64,000 nt of DNA from Azolla caroliniana (GCA_043228905.1 JBHGNT010000005.1:16740001-16804000); one strand, 5' to 3'. Counted from the stretch's first letter, positions 49,301 to 64,000 are shown. Numbers and translations are program-made. The notes: a model not told the origin generated them from the sequence alone.

Positions 49301-52300
49301 TAAGCAGTCGCAATTCGTTGGGAAACGCAAGACACCCAACGAATTCATGGATCGCGATTATAAGCGACAACATCCTTTTTGCGTATTCTGCAAAAAGAAG
49401 GGTCATACAAAAGAGCAATGTCGTAAGCTCCAACGAAAAGAGCACGACGCCAAACCTAAAGCTACAGACCATAAAGGTCAGATTCCTAATGTCCTTCAGG
49501 TCTATACACATCATTTGAGTAATTGTCAATGTTCTTTCCCTCATTATGTATTGGGTCCCAATGATTTACTACGTGCAAACGGGTATATCAATGGATCTCC
49601 CGTACAATTTTTATTTGATTCAGGAAGCTCACACAATTTTGTGAATGATCGTTTGGTACAGATATGGGGAATCCAACCCACCGTAAGTGATCACACCTAC
49701 ACGGTGCAGTTGGCTGATGGAAGAGTACAACACATCAACGGGGCGATTCATTCTTTAGGAATTTCTATTGATACCTATATAGAGGAAGTAGACTTCCATG
49801 TAATGAATCTTAGTACCACCGATGTAATACTAGGTTATCCCTGGTTTTATAATAAAAGCTCTTCTTTATTTATTGATTGGGTTCGCCATTCCATTTCTTT
49901 TGTACTCAACGATTGTACGCATTTTATTCAATGTGTAACAAAACAATCCCTCTCGATTGTTTCCTCGTGTCCATCAATATCCGAGTTGTCTTGTTCTACG
50001 TTATTTTATTGTGTACTTGATCCGGACATTCACGTTTACAATATCGATAATGTCTCGGGTCAATTAACATATTTTGAACAAAAACAACTTGATGAAATCG
50101 TAAACGATTTTCGTGATGTTTTTCCGAGTGAACTACCCGATGGTTTACCTCCTAAACGTAATATAGACCATCGTATAGATATTGTACCTGGCATTGCACC
50201 CATTAGTATACCTCCGTATCGCCTAAGTCGATCTGAAGAGGATGAGGTAGCTAAGCAACTTAAGGACTATTTACGAATGGGTTATATACGTTATAGTAAA
50301 TCTCCATGGGGTGCACCAGTTCTCTTGGTTAAAAAGAAAGAGGGCACATGGCGTATGTGTATTAATTACCGACGCTTGAATAAAGTGACGATCAAGAATT
50401 CGTACCCATTGCCCCAGGCTGACGATCTAATTGACCGTCTCCAGGGAGCTCGGTATTTTACGAAACTTGATCTCCGTACTGGCTACCATCAAATACGAAT
50501 AAGTGAGGACGATGTTCCTAAAACAGCATTTCGTACGCGCTACGGCCATTATGAGTTTTTGGTTATGCCTTTTGGTTTGACCAATGCTCCGGCTACATTT
50601 CAACAAGAAATGAATGACATTTTCCGAGAACAACTTGGAAAATTTGTCGTTATCTTCTTAGATGATATTTTAGTTTATAGCCGTACATTACAAGAACATG
50701 CTAGACATGTCCGCTTTGTTTTACAAATATTGCGTGACAAACAATTTTACGCGAAGATCTCAAAATGTGAGTTCTTCAAGAAATCAATTACTTATCTTGG
50801 ACATCTCATAACCGAACGAGGAGTTGAAATTGATCCTTCTCGCATCGAGAAAATCAAGCTTTGGCCCACTCTTCGGAATATTCGAGAAGTTCGATCATTC
50901 CTTGGTTTTGTCGGATTTTTGCGAAAATCTCTTCGTAATTACTCACAATTGACGACGCCGATTACTGATCTTCTAAAAGGTCAAACGCGTAAGTCTACAA
51001 AACCTATTGTGTGGAATGCTACACTAGACCTCGCCTTTAAGGAACTCAAGGACTTGGTATGCAAGGCTCCTTCACTTCTTTTACCCGATCCTTCAAAACC
51101 TTTTGAGGTTGAAACCGACGCAAGCGATTATGCTATAGGTGCTGTCTTGTATCAAGATGGTAAACCAATAGCATTCGAGAGTAAGAAACTTGATTCTGCT
51201 CAATGTCGGTATACCGTTCAAGAAAAGGAATTATTTGCGGTTATACATGCGCTCAAAACATGGCGCCATTATCTTTATGGAAATCGCTTTGTGGTAACTA
51301 CGGACCACGAGTCCTTGAAATATTTTTGTGACCAACAAGACCTGAAAGGTCGTAAGGCACGATGGGCTGATCTCATCCAGGACTTTGATTTTTCCATACG
51401 ATATCGTAAAGGTTCCATGAATACTGTCGTTGATGCACTAAGTCGCATCCGTGAAGTTAACATGCTTAGCTTCACTGAAATAACATCAGATCTTTATGAT
51501 CACCTTCGAGGAAAGTATCCTGATGACAATTACTTTGCAAAATACTGGGCAAGAGTCGAGTCTGGAACAGACACCACCACACCCTCGAAGGAATACTTCC
51601 ACATTGCTAACGGTTTGCTCTACCGTAATGGGAAGGTTTGTGTTCCAGATTTGCCTGAGGTCAAAAAGAGAATTCTTTTTGAATGCCATGATGCACCCTC
51701 AGCAGGGCACCCTGGAATACATCGTACACTCGTTCTCATCTCCACTCAATTTTATTGGCCTAAGATGCGTCCTGACATACATAGCTATGTGACTAAATGT
51801 CACCAATGTCAAGTTAACAAAGCCGAGCGACTTAAAGCCGCAGGACTTTTACATCCCTTGGACATTCCCAATAATAAGTGGGAAAGTATATCCATGGATT
51901 TTATTGTTAGCCTTCCTCGCACCCAAAAAGGTCATGATGCCATATGGGTTGTGGTTGACAGACTAACTAAAATGGCCAGATTTATTGCTACTAAAACCAC
52001 GGTAACAGCTCCTGAATTGGCTTACCAATTCGTTGATGAGTTATTTCGTTTTTACGGGTTACCGATGGATATCGTGAGTGACCGAGATCCAAAGTTTACT
52101 AGTGACTTCTGGACGCAAGTCTTTAAGAAGTTAGAAACTACGTTGAGCATGAGCTCCACGGATCATCCTCAATCCGATGGACAGACAGAACGAGTAAATC
52201 AAATTATTGAGGACATGCTTCGAGCATACGTTGGTGCAAAACCAACAAAATGGGAACGTTACCTCCCAATTTTGGAGTTTGCTTATAACAGCTCCAAGCA

Positions 52301-53427
52301 TACGTCGACGGGATATAGTCCTTTTATGTTGATGTATGGATTTCAGCCACGAGCCCCGATTGATGTTAATATACATCATGATGAGTTGCGAAGTACGCAA
52401 AACTTTCTTCGGGATATGCAAGATATGTTGCATATTGCACGGGATAATATAAAAACAGCTCAAGATAGAGCGCGTTTTTATGCCGATCATCACAGGCAAC
52501 CTCGTGTATTCAGCCCTGGACAGAAGGTATTTTTACGTGTACCTCACAATTCTAAGACATTGTCTACGGGTAAGTGCGCTAAGTTAGCCCCACGGTTTTG
52601 TGGACCTTTTACAGTCCTCAAACGCATTGGATCATCAGCCTATCGTCTCGCTCTTCCCGATGGTGTTGGAATCCATCCAGTCTTTCATGTAAGTCGTCTA
52701 AAAGAACTTCTAGGTTCTGGCGACAATACAGTTACAACTGAAACTCTGGTTACTTCTGAAGATTTATCTTCTAAACCACATGTACCAGAAAGAATTCTCG
52801 ATGTTAAAACAAAAAAATTACGTGCTAAGGAAATCCGAGAATTTAAAATAAAATGGATGGATAAATCAATCAAAGATGCCACATGGGAACGCGAAACGAC
52901 TCTAAGAACTAACTTCCCTAACTTTCCATTGCAAGAGTGCAATGTTTTAAAGAGGGGGAGTATGTTACGGGCATGACCATATAATATCCCGTGGTGAGAA
53001 TTGTCATAGTATTCTATACACGTGGATAAGTGTGAGGGTTAAACAAAGAGTCTAAAGAAGGGGAGGATTACTTTTAATCCTCGGGATTGAGACAACCCAT
53101 GAGGCCAAGTGTGAACATGGCTGGGGGCCTTGAGAATTACTATAAATAAGAGGCCTAGCTACCCTCATTTGGGCATGCATTGACTACGTCGAGACTCTGT
53201 CCGTGAGTGGAACGACTCTTGTAGCAAGCGCGCTATCGTCCAGGTACGACTCGACGCCAAGGCGGTGGTATGGGATGCCGATCGAGGCTCGAGTCCATCT
53301 CGATCCCTTCGCTCGGGGGTGGTCGGGTGGATCGGCACCCTTCTTTCTCTCTTTTCTCTCTATTCTTTCTAGATCTATCATTGATATATCCTTATTTTAT
53401 GCTTACTTTAGTACCTAATCTCTAATA
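46380..53427 (+). mobile_element. LTR retrotransposon F, chromovirus with tRNA-iMet PBS, intact, inserted in the 3' LTR of E
   Basis: 465-bp LTRs 46380-46844 and 52963-53427 (about 3 differences); TSD CTAGG; PBS TGGTATCAGAGCC at 46847-46859; PPT AAAGAGGGGGAG. Confidence 0.97.
48453..52976 (+). CDS. gag-pol: Single Gag-Pol polyprotein of F with a C-terminal chromodomain
   Basis: 1507 aa open: [55 protein letters not shown]. The true start may be ATG 48544. Confidence 0.95.
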   Translation: MFAHDMFTPRQDVMTICLTLSYFFARNNHSMAQNNDPMPSAQAERPQGNPPGTMSIEAYILQVQHFLSSTAQQLTEFRQSQSALEARVISLQNEINRPDECQGEPSFVVKPFTGDKKERTEEAICTWLGRWESHFELYPTPDSTKIAYVGRELGGKAAAWWRGLRTLGRLPETWTDFVTVFKGQFLQPPSRTEAAQALMNLSSRKFSSLEDYVHHARTQIQKSGLEGDNWLIACFVNGIPNSDYHWIVHDKDPKSFEEAVEIVLHYQHTSKKDHNKPNEAPGTKQSQFVGKRKTPNEFMDRDYKRQHPFCVFCKKKGHTKEQCRKLQRKEHDAKPKATDHKGQIPNVLQVYTHHLSNCQCSFPHYVLGPNDLLRANGYINGSPVQFLFDSGSSHNFVNDRLVQIWGIQPTVSDHTYTVQLADGRVQHINGAIHSLGISIDTYIEEVDFHVMNLSTTDVILGYPWFYNKSSSLFIDWVRHSISFVLNDCTHFIQCVTKQSLSIVSSCPSISELSCSTLFYCVLDPDIHVYNIDNVSGQLTYFEQKQLDEIVNDFRDVFPSELPDGLPPKRNIDHRIDIVPGIAPISIPPYRLSRSEEDEVAKQLKDYLRMGYIRYSKSPWGAPVLLVKKKEGTWRMCINYRRLNKVTIKNSYPLPQADDLIDRLQGARYFTKLDLRTGYHQIRISEDDVPKTAFRTRYGHYEFLVMPFGLTNAPATFQQEMNDIFREQLGKFVVIFLDDILVYSRTLQEHARHVRFVLQILRDKQFYAKISKCEFFKKSITYLGHLITERGVEIDPSRIEKIKLWPTLRNIREVRSFLGFVGFLRKSLRNYSQLTTPITDLLKGQTRKSTKPIVWNATLDLAFKELKDLVCKAPSLLLPDPSKPFEVETDASDYAIGAVLYQDGKPIAFESKKLDSAQCRYTVQEKELFAVIHALKTWRHYLYGNRFVVTTDHESLKYFCDQQDLKGRKARWADLIQDFDFSIRYRKGSMNTVVDALSRIREVNMLSFTEITSDLYDHLRGKYPDDNYFAKYWARVESGTDTTTPSKEYFHIANGLLYRNGKVCVPDLPEVKKRILFECHDAPSAGHPGIHRTLVLISTQFYWPKMRPDIHSYVTKCHQCQVNKAERLKAAGLLHPLDIPNNKWESISMDFIVSLPRTQKGHDAIWVVVDRLTKMARFIATKTTVTAPELAYQFVDELFRFYGLPMDIVSDRDPKFTSDFWTQVFKKLETTLSMSSTDHPQSDGQTERVNQIIEDMLRAYVGAKPTKWERYLPILEFAYNSSKHTSTGYSPFMLMYGFQPRAPIDVNIHHDELRSTQNFLRDMQDMLHIARDNIKTAQDRARFYADHHRQPRVFSPGQKVFLRVPHNSKTLSTGKCAKLAPRFCGPFTVLKRIGSSAYRLALPDGVGIHPVFHVSRLKELLGSGDNTVTTETLVTSEDLSSKPHVPERILDVKTKKLRAKEIREFKIKWMDKSIKDATWERETTLRTNFPNFPLQECNVLKRGSMLRA

Positions 53428-55122
53428 CTAGGTAGCAATATTCTGTAGGGAGAATCAAGGAGTATCTTTGTCCCAAAGGCCGGAGAATTAATGTGATGTA
53501 AACGGGTGAAACGGCCTCCCTCCTTGAGCTATAAAAGAGAGGGAGACGGAGAGAGAGGGTATCGCGCGCTAGAAGGGACGAAGTGCTGTCGGACTGGGAC
53601 CGAGCTCTTCTTCTCTGTCGTTCTCCATACCTTCTTTTGCGTAGGTTCTCGAGAGGCTGATCCTGCTCCGTGGAACGCCCGTGTGCTTCCGGCAGAATCT
53701 CCATCTTGCTCCCCCCCCCCCCCCCCCCCCTTGTGTGCGTGGGTGATCAAGCGTCGGCATCCATCTCGCTGGTGTTCTTATACTCTATTTCCTGTTCAAC
53801 TTGTGTCTCCTGTGTTGTTGGGCCGCGTCCCCATGCGCTTCTTTGTCTATACGTGTGTGAGCGTCTCTCTCTCTCTCTCTCCCCCTTTTTCTCACCTATT
53901 CCTCGGTCCAAGACCCTAGTGGTCCCGCCTTGTTCTCCACGCACGCGCGTAACAATGCGACAACGCGTCATCGAGCTTCAAGAAGGCAAGACAACATGGT
54001 CCGAATTTGAGAAAGCGATATTAGCGGAGTTTGCGATGGAAGATTCATCGAGGATGACTTGACATGCCTTGATGAAGTGGATAGAGAAGAAAAATAAGAA
54101 GATGAGCACCTCGAGGGTATACGATGAGTTCGACCAAATGTATAGTCGTCTCCCTGCCACAGACCAAGTGTTGCTTGAGGAGGACAGGACTTTGTACTTC
54201 TTGAAAGTCGTGGACATGAAGGATAGACGAGAATTAGGGACTCTTCTTGACGATGAAACCCAAGCAAATGGGCTTGTGGTAGACTGGACTACGGTGAAGC
54301 AAGCGTGCAATATGCTCAACAAGCGTCGTCAGTGGGTTGATGACACCGACTTGGCAGGATCCACTATGGAGAAAACGAGACAACTGAAAGTTTTTGAACC
54401 AACCAAAACAATCAACCTGGAAGAAAAGAAGATTGATGATGACATCATCGAAGAACTGGCGAAGAAGTTCGAGACGATCACACTAGCCAATATGAATCAT
54501 CGGGGCCCAAAGAGTGAAACTCGAAGACCCCTACGGGTGAATTTCGGAAGAGGGGGAATGAAGAAAGTGAAAGATGCCGAGAAGACTCACGTGGATGCGA
54601 TGCACTATGCTGCATCGGCTGGAATTAGAGTCGGAAAAAATAAAAATGAAGCTGCTAGAACGGGAACAAAGTTTTGGTCTTCTGTTCTCGAGTGTAAGAA
54701 GAAGGGCAAAGTTACTTCGGATGATGTAGAGCTTGCGGACTTGAAGAAGATTCTCGAGGAACGTGTTCTTGATAGCCACGTGACCTTGTCCCTGAGGGAA
54801 TTGCTCGGCATTACGAAGGAGTTCCACGATACGATTGTGGACCTTGTAAAGAGAAAAAGGCAACAATCGGACGAAGAAGAAGAGAAGCCACTAAAAGCAA
54901 AAGCGAATGCCATAACGGTGACAAGAGACAAAGTCGAGGAAGATATGGTGGACAAACACCATACTTGACCTCATTGGTCGCGAGCAACGACGGAGACGCC
55001 AATAAACTTGGGGGAAAGAAAAGAGACAGTCGTAGCATTAATAGACCATGGGTCCGAAATCAACCTTATGTCGACTGAGGTCTACAAGAAGGGAAGATGG
55101 CCCATAAATACGAATCATGGGT

Positions 55123-58100
55123 TGTTACGGGCATGACCATATAATATCCTGTCGTGAGAATTTACCATAGTATTCTATACACGTGGATAAGTGTGAGGGT
55201 TAAATGAGAGTGTAAAGAAGGGGAGGATTACTTTTAATCCTCGGGATTGAGACAACCCATTAGGCCAAGTGTGAACTTTCTTGGGGGCCTTGGGTATCAC
55301 TATAAATAAGAGGCCTAGCTACCCTCATTTGATCATCTTTTTGACTACGTCGAGACTCTGTTTCTCGGTGGTTCAACTCTTGTAGCGAGTGTCTCAGCAC
55401 CAGGTACGACTCGACGCCACGGCGGTGGTATGGGATGTCGATCGAGTCTCAAGTCCGTCTTGATCCCTTCGCTCAGGGGTGGTCGGGTGGATCGACACCC
55501 TTCTTTCTCTCTCTCCTTTCTATCTATCTATCTTTTATCCTTATGCTTTGCTTACATTAGTTCATATCTCGAATAGTTGGTATCCGAGCTCATGTTCTAA
55601 TGTTTCTTTTGTTGTGTTTGGTGTTATTGATTGATGGTGATCTATCGATGTGCGGTCGGTGTTGATCCAGACAACGATCAACAAAGAACATCGATAACTC
55701 TTTCCTTCTTCTTTTTTCTATTTTTTCTTCTCCCATCTAATCATGTATATAGTCTATATGTAATTTTTTTCATTAATTCAATGATTTTGTAGTGGTAATT
55801 AATTGGTTGTATAAAACGTTTACATATGTGTATGAGGTCAATACCTCATTTGACATATATTGGATATATGATTAATGTCGTATGCGCACGAGGTTAATGC
55901 CTCAATTGCGTATTACGCTCACATACATATGTTACGTATGCGTATGAGGTCAATACCTTGATTTCGTTGTAAATGATATGCGTTTGGTCTCATATGCGTA
56001 AGAGGTGAATACCTCAATTGCGTATCACGATGAACCCTTATTTTTGGATGTTTCGTGTGTGTAGAGGGTATATGCCTCGATTACGTAGCTCGATTACATC
56101 ATTTCTAGCTATTTGATGTAACAATTTGTTTAATGTATGCATATGTGGTCATGTGTATACGTATTTGATCGTATATATGGGATAAGTAAACATACGTGTA
56201 TATTTGATATTACGTGATTTCTATCAAATGTTGTCCTATCGGAAAAAGGATCTTGGTGGCCGTCCTCACATTTTTGTGAGAATGACGTTTTCACCATCCC
56301 TTTTTCAACAATTTTTTGTTGACATTCCCGTTGGTCATTTCGATATTTCATTACGTAATGAAACAATCATAGCCAGAATGGTGTTGAGTATGTAGGGCTT
56401 AACCCACTTCATGTGAGGTCGCTCCTATGACACACATATCCAACATCCCTCCCTCATTACATGGATACAATGCCACCATGAGATCATTCTTACAAAAGGC
56501 ATTCGTAATGACATAACCATGTGATGGGCCACGTGGGCCTACTACGAAAAGAGGGCTCATTTGGCTTGACCATTAGGTTGCACTTTGGCGTATGCCATCG
56601 TAATTATGAGACTTGAGGTTAGGTAACATACCAACAAAGTTTGTGGTAAACGAGGGGGAAATAAGGACTCTTGACATATATGTTTCTTTTAAAAATACAT
56701 ATATGGGCAAATGCCTTGCATATCTCTTATACGCATGAAACATTAAACATTAAAAAAGAGCAACCTAATTGGTTAGCTCAAGTGTTTAATGGATTTGTTC
56801 TGGAGGTCTTGAGTTGAAATATAACCAAGACCATACAGCATTGTCGATACATATGACTATAACACATGTTTAGATTTGAGGTCTAAGTGCACTTCGGGGT
56901 CCACGTAATAGGACTTAAAGAGCCGAAACCACATATGTGGGCACCGAAACATAGTTTATTGTTAACATTTTTTTCGTGTATAAACTATTCATCACGCGAA
57001 CATACATGGTTGAGCCTCGAGGATCAATATAGAGATCAGGGAAAGACATTTATTTGTCACCCCCATGGTTTTTAAAACACCTTTGTGTTACCATAGTAAC
57101 CTGATCTTGAACCTAATCTCATACGTCTAGAGGGGTATTGACGTGAGATCATGATATCGATTAATGTTTTCCCATGATATGTTTACATCACGACATGACA
57201 TTATGACTATTTGTCTAACCGATTTCTGCAACTTGCCTCTCGAACCGAGGCAACTCAAGCTTTAATGAACCTCCCTAGCAAGAAGTTTTCCTCGCTAGAA
57301 GACTATGCCCACCATGCTAGAACCCAAATCCAAAAATCGGGTCTAGAAGGGGACAATTGGTTAATAGCTTGTTTTGTCAATGGCATCCCCAATTCGGACT
57401 ATCACTTGATAGTGCACGATAAGGATCCAAAATCCTTTGAAGAGGCCGTTGAAATAGTTCTTCGCTATCAACGCACTTCGAAGAAGGACCACAACAAACC
57501 CAACGAGGCGCTCGGGACTAAGCAATTGCAATTCGCTGGGAAATGCAAGACACCCAACGAATTCATGGATCACGATTGTAAGTGACAACATCTTTTTTGC
57601 ATATTCTGCGAAAAGAAGGGTCATACAAAAGAGCAATGTCGAAAGCTCCAACGGAAAGAGCACGCCAACAAAGCTCAAGCTGCAGACCATAAAGGTCAGA
57701 TTCCTAATGTCCTTCAGGTCTATACACATCATTTAAGTAATTGTCAATGTTCTTTCCCTCACTATGTATTGGGTCCCAATGATTTACTACGTGCAAACGG
57801 GTATATCAATGGATCTTCCGTACAATTTTTGTTTGATTCAGGAAGCTCACACAACTTTGTGAATGATTGTTTGGTTCAGATATGGGGAATCCAACCCACC
57901 GTAAGTGATCACACCTATACAGTGCACTTGGAAGATTACAATACATCAACGGGCCAATTCATTCATTAGGAATTTCTATTGATACTTATATAGAGGAAGT
58001 AGACTTCCATGTAATGAATCTTTGTACTACTGATGTAATGCTGGGTTATCCCTAGTTCTATAATAAAAACTCTTCTTTATCTATTGATTTGGTTCATCAT

Positions 58101-61100
58101 TCAATAACTTTTGTACTGAATGATTGTACTCATTTTATTCAATGTGTAAAAAAACAATCCCTCTCAATTGTTTCCTCTCCATCAATATCCGAGTTGTCTT
58201 GTTCTACTCTATTTTATTGTGTACTTGATCCAGACATTTATGTTTACAATATCGATAATGTCTCGGTTCAATTAACATATTTTGAACAACAACAACTTGA
58301 TGAAATCTTAAATGATTTTTGTGATGTTTTTCCGAGTGAACTACTAGATGGGTTACCTCCTAAATGTAATATAGACCATCGTATAGATATTGTACCTAGC
58401 GTTGCACCAATAAGTATACCTCCTTATCGCTTAAGTCAATCCGAAGAGGATGAGGTATCTAAGCAACTCAAGAACTATTTACGAATGGGTTATATATGTT
58501 ATAGTAAATCTCCACGGGGTGCACCAGTTCTCTTGGTTAAAAAGAAAGAGAGCACATGGGGTATGTGTATTAATTACCGACGCTTGAATAAAGTGATGAT
58601 CAAGAATTTATATCCATTGCCCCGGGCTGACAATCTAATTGACTATCTCCAGGGAGCTCGGTATTTTACGAAACTTGATCTCCGCACTGGCTACCATCAA
58701 ATTCGTATAAGTGAGGAGGACAATGTTCCAAAAACGGTATTTCGTACGCGCTATGGCCATTATGAGTTTTTGGTTATGCCTTTTGGTTTGACCAATGCTC
58801 CGGCTACATTTCAACAAGAAATGAATGACATTTTCTAAGAACAATTTGGAAAATTTGTCGTTATTTTCTTGGATGATATTTTAGTTTATAGTCGTACATT
58901 ACAAGAACATGCTAAACATGTCCGCTTTGTTTTACAAATAGTTTTATGCGAAGATTTCAAAATGTGAGTTCTTCAAGAAATCAATTACTTATCTTGGACA
59001 TCTCATAACCGAACGAGGAGTTGAAATTGATCCTTCTCGCATCGAGAAAATCAAGCTTTGGCCCACTCTTCGGAATATTCGAGAAGTTCGATCATTCCTT
59101 GGTTTTGTTGTGGTTTTTGCGAAAATCCCTTCGTAATTAATCCCAATTGACAATGTCGTTTACTGATCTTCTAAAAGGTCAAACGTGTAAGTCTACAAAA
59201 CCTATTTTCTGGAATGGTACACTAGACCTCGCCCTTAAGGAACTCAAGTACCTGGTGTGCAAGGCTCCTTCACTTCTTTTACCTGATCCTTCAAAACCTT
59301 TTGAGGTTGAAACCGATGCAAGAAATTATACTATAGGTGTTGTCTTATATCAAGATGGTAAACCAATAGCATTTGAGAGTAAGAAACTTGATTCTACTCA
59401 ATGTCGGTATACCGTTCAAGAAAAGGAGTTATTTGCAATTATACATGCGCTCAAAACATAGCGCCATTATCTTTATGGAAATCGCTTTGTGGTAACTACG
59501 GACCACGAGTTCTTGAAATATTTTTGTGACCAACAAGACTTGAAAGGTCGTAAGGCATGATGGGCTGATCTCATCCAGGACTTTGATTTTTCCATACGAT
59601 ATCGTAAAGGTTCCATGAACATTGTTGCTGATGCGCTAAGTCGCATCCGTGAAGTTAACATGCTTAGCTTCACTGAAATAACATCAGATCTTTATGATCA
59701 GCTTCGGGGAAAGTATCCTAATGACAGTTATTTTGTGAAATACTGAGCAAGAGTTGAGTTTGGAACAGACACCATCACATCCTCAAAGGAATACTTCCAC
59801 ATTGCTAACGTTTTGCTCTACCGTAATGGGAAGGTTTGTGTTCCACATTTGCCTGAGGTCAAAAAGAGAATTCTTTTTTAATGCCATGATGCACCCTCAA
59901 CAGGGCACTCTGGAATATATCGTACACTCGTTCTCATCTCCAATCAATTCTATTGCCCTAAGATGCGCCCTGACATACATAGTTATGTGACTAAATGTCA
60001 CCAATGTCAGGTTAACAAAGTCGAGCGACTTAAAGCCGCAAGACTTTTACATCCCTTGGACATTAATAATAATAAGTGGGAAAGTATATCCATAGATTTT
60101 ATTGTTAGCCTTCCTCGCACCCAAAAAGGCCATGATGCCATCTGGGTTGTGGTTGATAGACTAACTAAAATGGCTAGATTTATTGCTACTAAAACCACGG
60201 TAATAGCTCATGAATTGGCTTACCAATTCGTTGACGAGTTATTTCGTTTTTATGGGTTACCGATGGATATCGTGAGTGATCAAGATCCAATGTTTACTAG
60301 TGACTTCTGGATGCAAGTCTTTAAGAAGTTAGAAACTACATTGAGCATGAGCTCCACGGATCATCCTCAATCCAATGGACAGACAAAACGAGTAAATCAA
60401 ATTATTGATGAAATACTTCGAGCTTACGTTGGTGCAAAACCAACAAAATGGGAACGTTATCTCCCAATTTTGGAGTTTGCTTATAACAGCTCCAAGCATA
60501 CGTCGATGGGATATAGTCCTTTTATGTTGATGTATGGTTTTCAGCCACGAGCCCTGATTGATGTTAATATACATCATGATGAGTTGTGAAGTACACAAAA
60601 CTTTCTTCAGGATATGCAAGATATGTTGCATATTGCACGAGATAATATAAAAATAGTGCGTTTTTATGATGATCATCATAGGCAACCTCGTGTATTCAAC
60701 CCTGGACAAAAGGTATTTGTACGTGTACCTCACAATTCTAAGACATTGTCTAAGGGTAAGTGCGCTAAGTTAGCCCCACGGTTTTGTGGACCTTTTACAG
60801 TCCTCAAATGCATTGGGTCATCAACATATCATCTCGCTCTTCCCGATGGTGTTGAAATTCACCCAGTTTTTCATGTGAGTCATCTAAAAGAACTTCTAGG
60901 TTCTAGCGACAATACAGTTACAACTAAAACTCTAGTTACTTCTGAAGAATTATCTTCTAAACCACATGTACCAGAAAGAATTCTCGATTTTAAAACAAAA
61001 AAATTACGTACTAAAGAAATCCGAGAATTTAAAATAAAATGGATGGATAAATCAATTAAAGAAGCCACATGGGAACGCGAAGATTCTCTTAGAACTACAT

Positions 61101-61606
61101 TTCCTAACTTTTCATTGCAAGAGTGCAATGTTTTAAAGAGGGGGGGGGGAGTATGTAACGGGCATGACCATATAATATCCCGTGGTGAGAATTTACCATA
61201 GTATTCTTTACACGTGGATAAGTGTGAGGGTTAAACGAGAGTGAAAAGAAGGGGAGGATTACTTTTAATCTTCGGGATTGAGACAACCCATTAGGCCAAG
61301 TGTGAACTTGCCTGGGGCCCTTGGGTATCGCTATAAATAAGAGGCCTAGCTACCCTCATTTCATCATCTTTTTTACTACGTCGAGACTCTATTTCTCGGT
61401 GGTTCAACTCTTGTAGTGACCGCGCCAGCACCATGTACAACTCGACGCCATGACGGTGGTATGGGATGCCGATCGAGGCTTGAGTCCGTCTCGATCCCTT
61501 TGCGCGGGGGTGGTTGGGTGGATTGGCACCCTTCTTTCTCTCTCTCCTTTCTATCTATCTATCTTTTATCCTTATCCTTTGCTTACATTAGTTCATATCT
61601 CTAATA
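55123..61606 (+). mobile_element. LTR retrotransposon G, older degenerate relative of F, inserted in the protease of D
   Basis: 453-bp LTRs 55123-55575 and 61154-61606; TSD TGGGT; PBS TGGTATCCGAGC; ~0.5-kb deletion of the gag 5' end near 57220; many stops. Confidence 0.95.
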
Positions 61607-61915
61607 TGGGTGGAAGATCCGTGCTGCTACGAAAGCTACCGAAGACTTGTATGGGGCATGTCCTAACATCCCCATCACGATTGGCGATGTCGAGATAAAT
61701 CAACATTTTTTTGTTCAAGACTTGGCGTCCCAGCCCATCATTCTTGGGCAACCGTACATAACATCATCATGGATGGAAACCAAAGTGTTCGACAATGGTG
61801 CGACATTTGCTCAAGTAAGGAATCTTGATGGGAAGAAGGTCGTATAATTCTTGACTATACGTGCCAACCATGAAAGGAATCGGGATATTCTCGGAGAAGA
61901 TGCTTCATAATTTTA

Positions 61916-64000
61916 GAGCGGACTACTGAAGCATGGGGCACAAATAGTTCGAGCAATCACAAGTCCCCACAAGAAAGTAGAGCGCGTGGATTGCAAAGAG
62001 AAGCAACATGTGTCACACCAAGTGGTGCATGTAAACTAGTACTACCCAACAAAAAGAATAAGTGTCAGATACAAGACTTCGAGAAGATGCTAGAAGAAGA
62101 AAACATAATAGAAGAAGAAGAATTCGTGACTCATATTATGGAAGAAGCCTCATTTAACGACACCATCGGCGAAATCGAGGAAGTTGTGGACTTGAGCTAT
62201 CTTCACAATCAACACGTGATTTCGATTAACTCCGTCAACATGTATACTATCATCGATGAATACCATCGACACATCTTGATGGAGGAAGCTGAAGTCATGG
62301 CAAAATATAAAACGGTAGATAGGAAGATCAAGCCAGTTGCGGTTCCGCTACCGGAAGATAGTTGGCAAAAGATGAAGGAAGTCGCTAATGATCCAAGCTT
62401 AAGGGATCCGAAGGCAATAGGTCATGTCTTCACCGAAGAGACGAAAAAGAGGCTACGAATTGGAAGGGAGGATTTCCTCCTCCCTGAAGAGGAGCGAATG
62501 TTTCGCGACATGCTTGAGAGACATGGGAAGGCCTTTGCATTTTTCCCAGAAGAAATCGGATGTGTTGATCCAAGGACAATAGAGCCGATGGTAATCTTTA
62601 CGGTGCCGCAAGTGCCTTGGAATTTGAAACCAATACCAGTTCCGAGAGCACACACACCGAAGCTGATCGAGCTCTTAAAGGAGAAGGAGAATATGGGAAT
62701 TCTGGAACCGTCGAAGGCTCCTTATTCTAATAGGTGGTTCCCGGTGTTGAAGAAGGATGGATCATTGCGATTCATCCAAAATCTTCAACTTGTCAACAAG
62801 GTGACAATTTGGAATGTTGGAATCGGTCCAATCGTGGACGAATTTGCCGAAGTGTTTGCGGGCCGGTCCATCTACTCCATTGGTTATCTCTACTCTGGAT
62901 ACGACCAATTCCAGTTAGCAATCGACACTCGTGACATTACAACCATGAGGACTCTGATCAGGCTTGTGTGGATGTGTACCTTACCGCAAGGTGCAACAAA
63001 CTCAGTGGCTCATATGGTGAATGCCATGAACAAGGTTTTGAAGGATTGCATCTCGGACATCACGATGCCATTCTTGGATGATATTCCGATAAAAGGATGT
63101 TCAGATGAGGAGAAGGTTGAATCGAAAAATAAGGAAGGGTGTAGAAAGTTCATTGTAGATCATATGAAAGATTGTGAGAAGGTGCTCCAAAAGCTCGAAG
63201 ATGCGAAATTGACATTTTCAGGAGAAAAATCTGCATTCAGGCAATCAGAGATCTTGGTGGTAGGTCACTTATGTGAGCATACGGCTGGAAGCCTTCACCA
63301 TCCAAGGTTAATGTGATCCAAGACATGAAAGAAGAATGCGTAAACCAAATGGATGTTCGAAGGTTCCTTGGAGCATGCGCGTTTTATCATATCTGGATTC
63401 CGCACTATGCTCATGTCGTCGAGCCATTATATGGATTGCTAAAGAAAAAAATGAAGTTCGAATGGCGAGACAAGCATACAAACGCGATGCAAAGATTGAA
63501 GAAACTAATTCTTGAAGCTCCAACACTAAGGAAGGAAAGCCGATTTATGTGACTATAGATACGAGCCCAACCGGAATCGCGTGGGTCATCAACCAAAAAG
63601 GAGAAGATAATGCGCGGTATGCCATCCGGTTCGGACCAAAGGTTCTCAGCGAACGACACCAAAGATACGCCCAAGTCAAGCGAGAACTTTGGGGTATTGT
63701 GTCTACAGTGAAGATGGACAAAGACTACCTAATCGGGTCGGAAGTGATAATTGAGATAGATTGTCTCCCAATCATCGGCGGAAGACCAGGAGACGCTAAC
63801 CCTCCATGTCTTCAACGAGGACGAGTACAAAGGAGAGTGGTTACTGATCGGAAGATTCTTAAGAACAATGACGACAAATGCTTCATTGACGAAAGAGGAG
63901 GCTCTATCACCGGGTCATTTGAAACAGGTAATATGTCGCATTATGAGAACACTACGTCGAAAAAGGGCACAAAAGCACGCAGTTTTCAAAAAGACACGAC
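61916..64000 (+). pseudogene. pol: pol of D (RT, partial RNase H)
   Basis: LPQGATNSVAH..FLDDIPIKG..VRRFLGACAFY; frameshifts and deletions after 63300. Confidence 0.9.

Larger units (their letters stand above)
40213..53962 (+). mobile_element. LTR retrotransposon E (Phygy-like, GC-rich), inserted in gag of D
   Basis: 5' LTR 40213-40922; PBS at 40927; 3' LTR 46260-46379 + 53433-53962; 4-bp TSD ACGC. Confidence 0.92.
39077..64000 (+). mobile_element. LTR retrotransposon D (Phygy-like), old, host of E and G, runs off the window
   Basis: 5' LTR 39077-39882 (TGTTGTGAA..TTCACGACA); Trp PBS at 39891. Gag-PR pieces 39925-40212, 53967-55122 and 61612-61915 rejoin in frame (NIQRR|VIELQ; NHG|WKIRAAT). 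Confidence 0.88.

Overview
Eukaryotic, transposon-dense DNA, probably from a moss or other bryophyte (inferred from the LTR lineages and GT-AG introns). I found no ordinary host gene. Removing the nested insertions by their target-site duplications (TSDs) gives the following layers. (1) An intron-containing pseudogene encodes a ParB/Srx-like domain fused to a prokaryote-type beta-class N6A/N4C DNA methyltransferase (<1-18592). It is split by three Ty3/Gypsy elements: A (+), non-autonomous B (-, tail-to-tail with A) and a young, intact Tcn1-like chromovirus C. (2) Directly downstream is a ~900-codon Sola1/DUF7869-like DDE transposase pseudogene, bracketed by two direct copies of a 37-bp motif. 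(3) A 12-kb Sola2-like transposon (GGG termini, ATAA TSD) sits in the leader of that transposase and carries a RING-finger cargo gene and AGTAC-rich intronic satellites. (4) Copia debris follows. (5) A nest of LTR elements (D containing E and G, E containing F) runs to the window end. The best candidate for an undescribed system is a large plant DNA transposon carrying its own ParB-amino-methyltransferase. All alignments were done by eye; no database searches were run.
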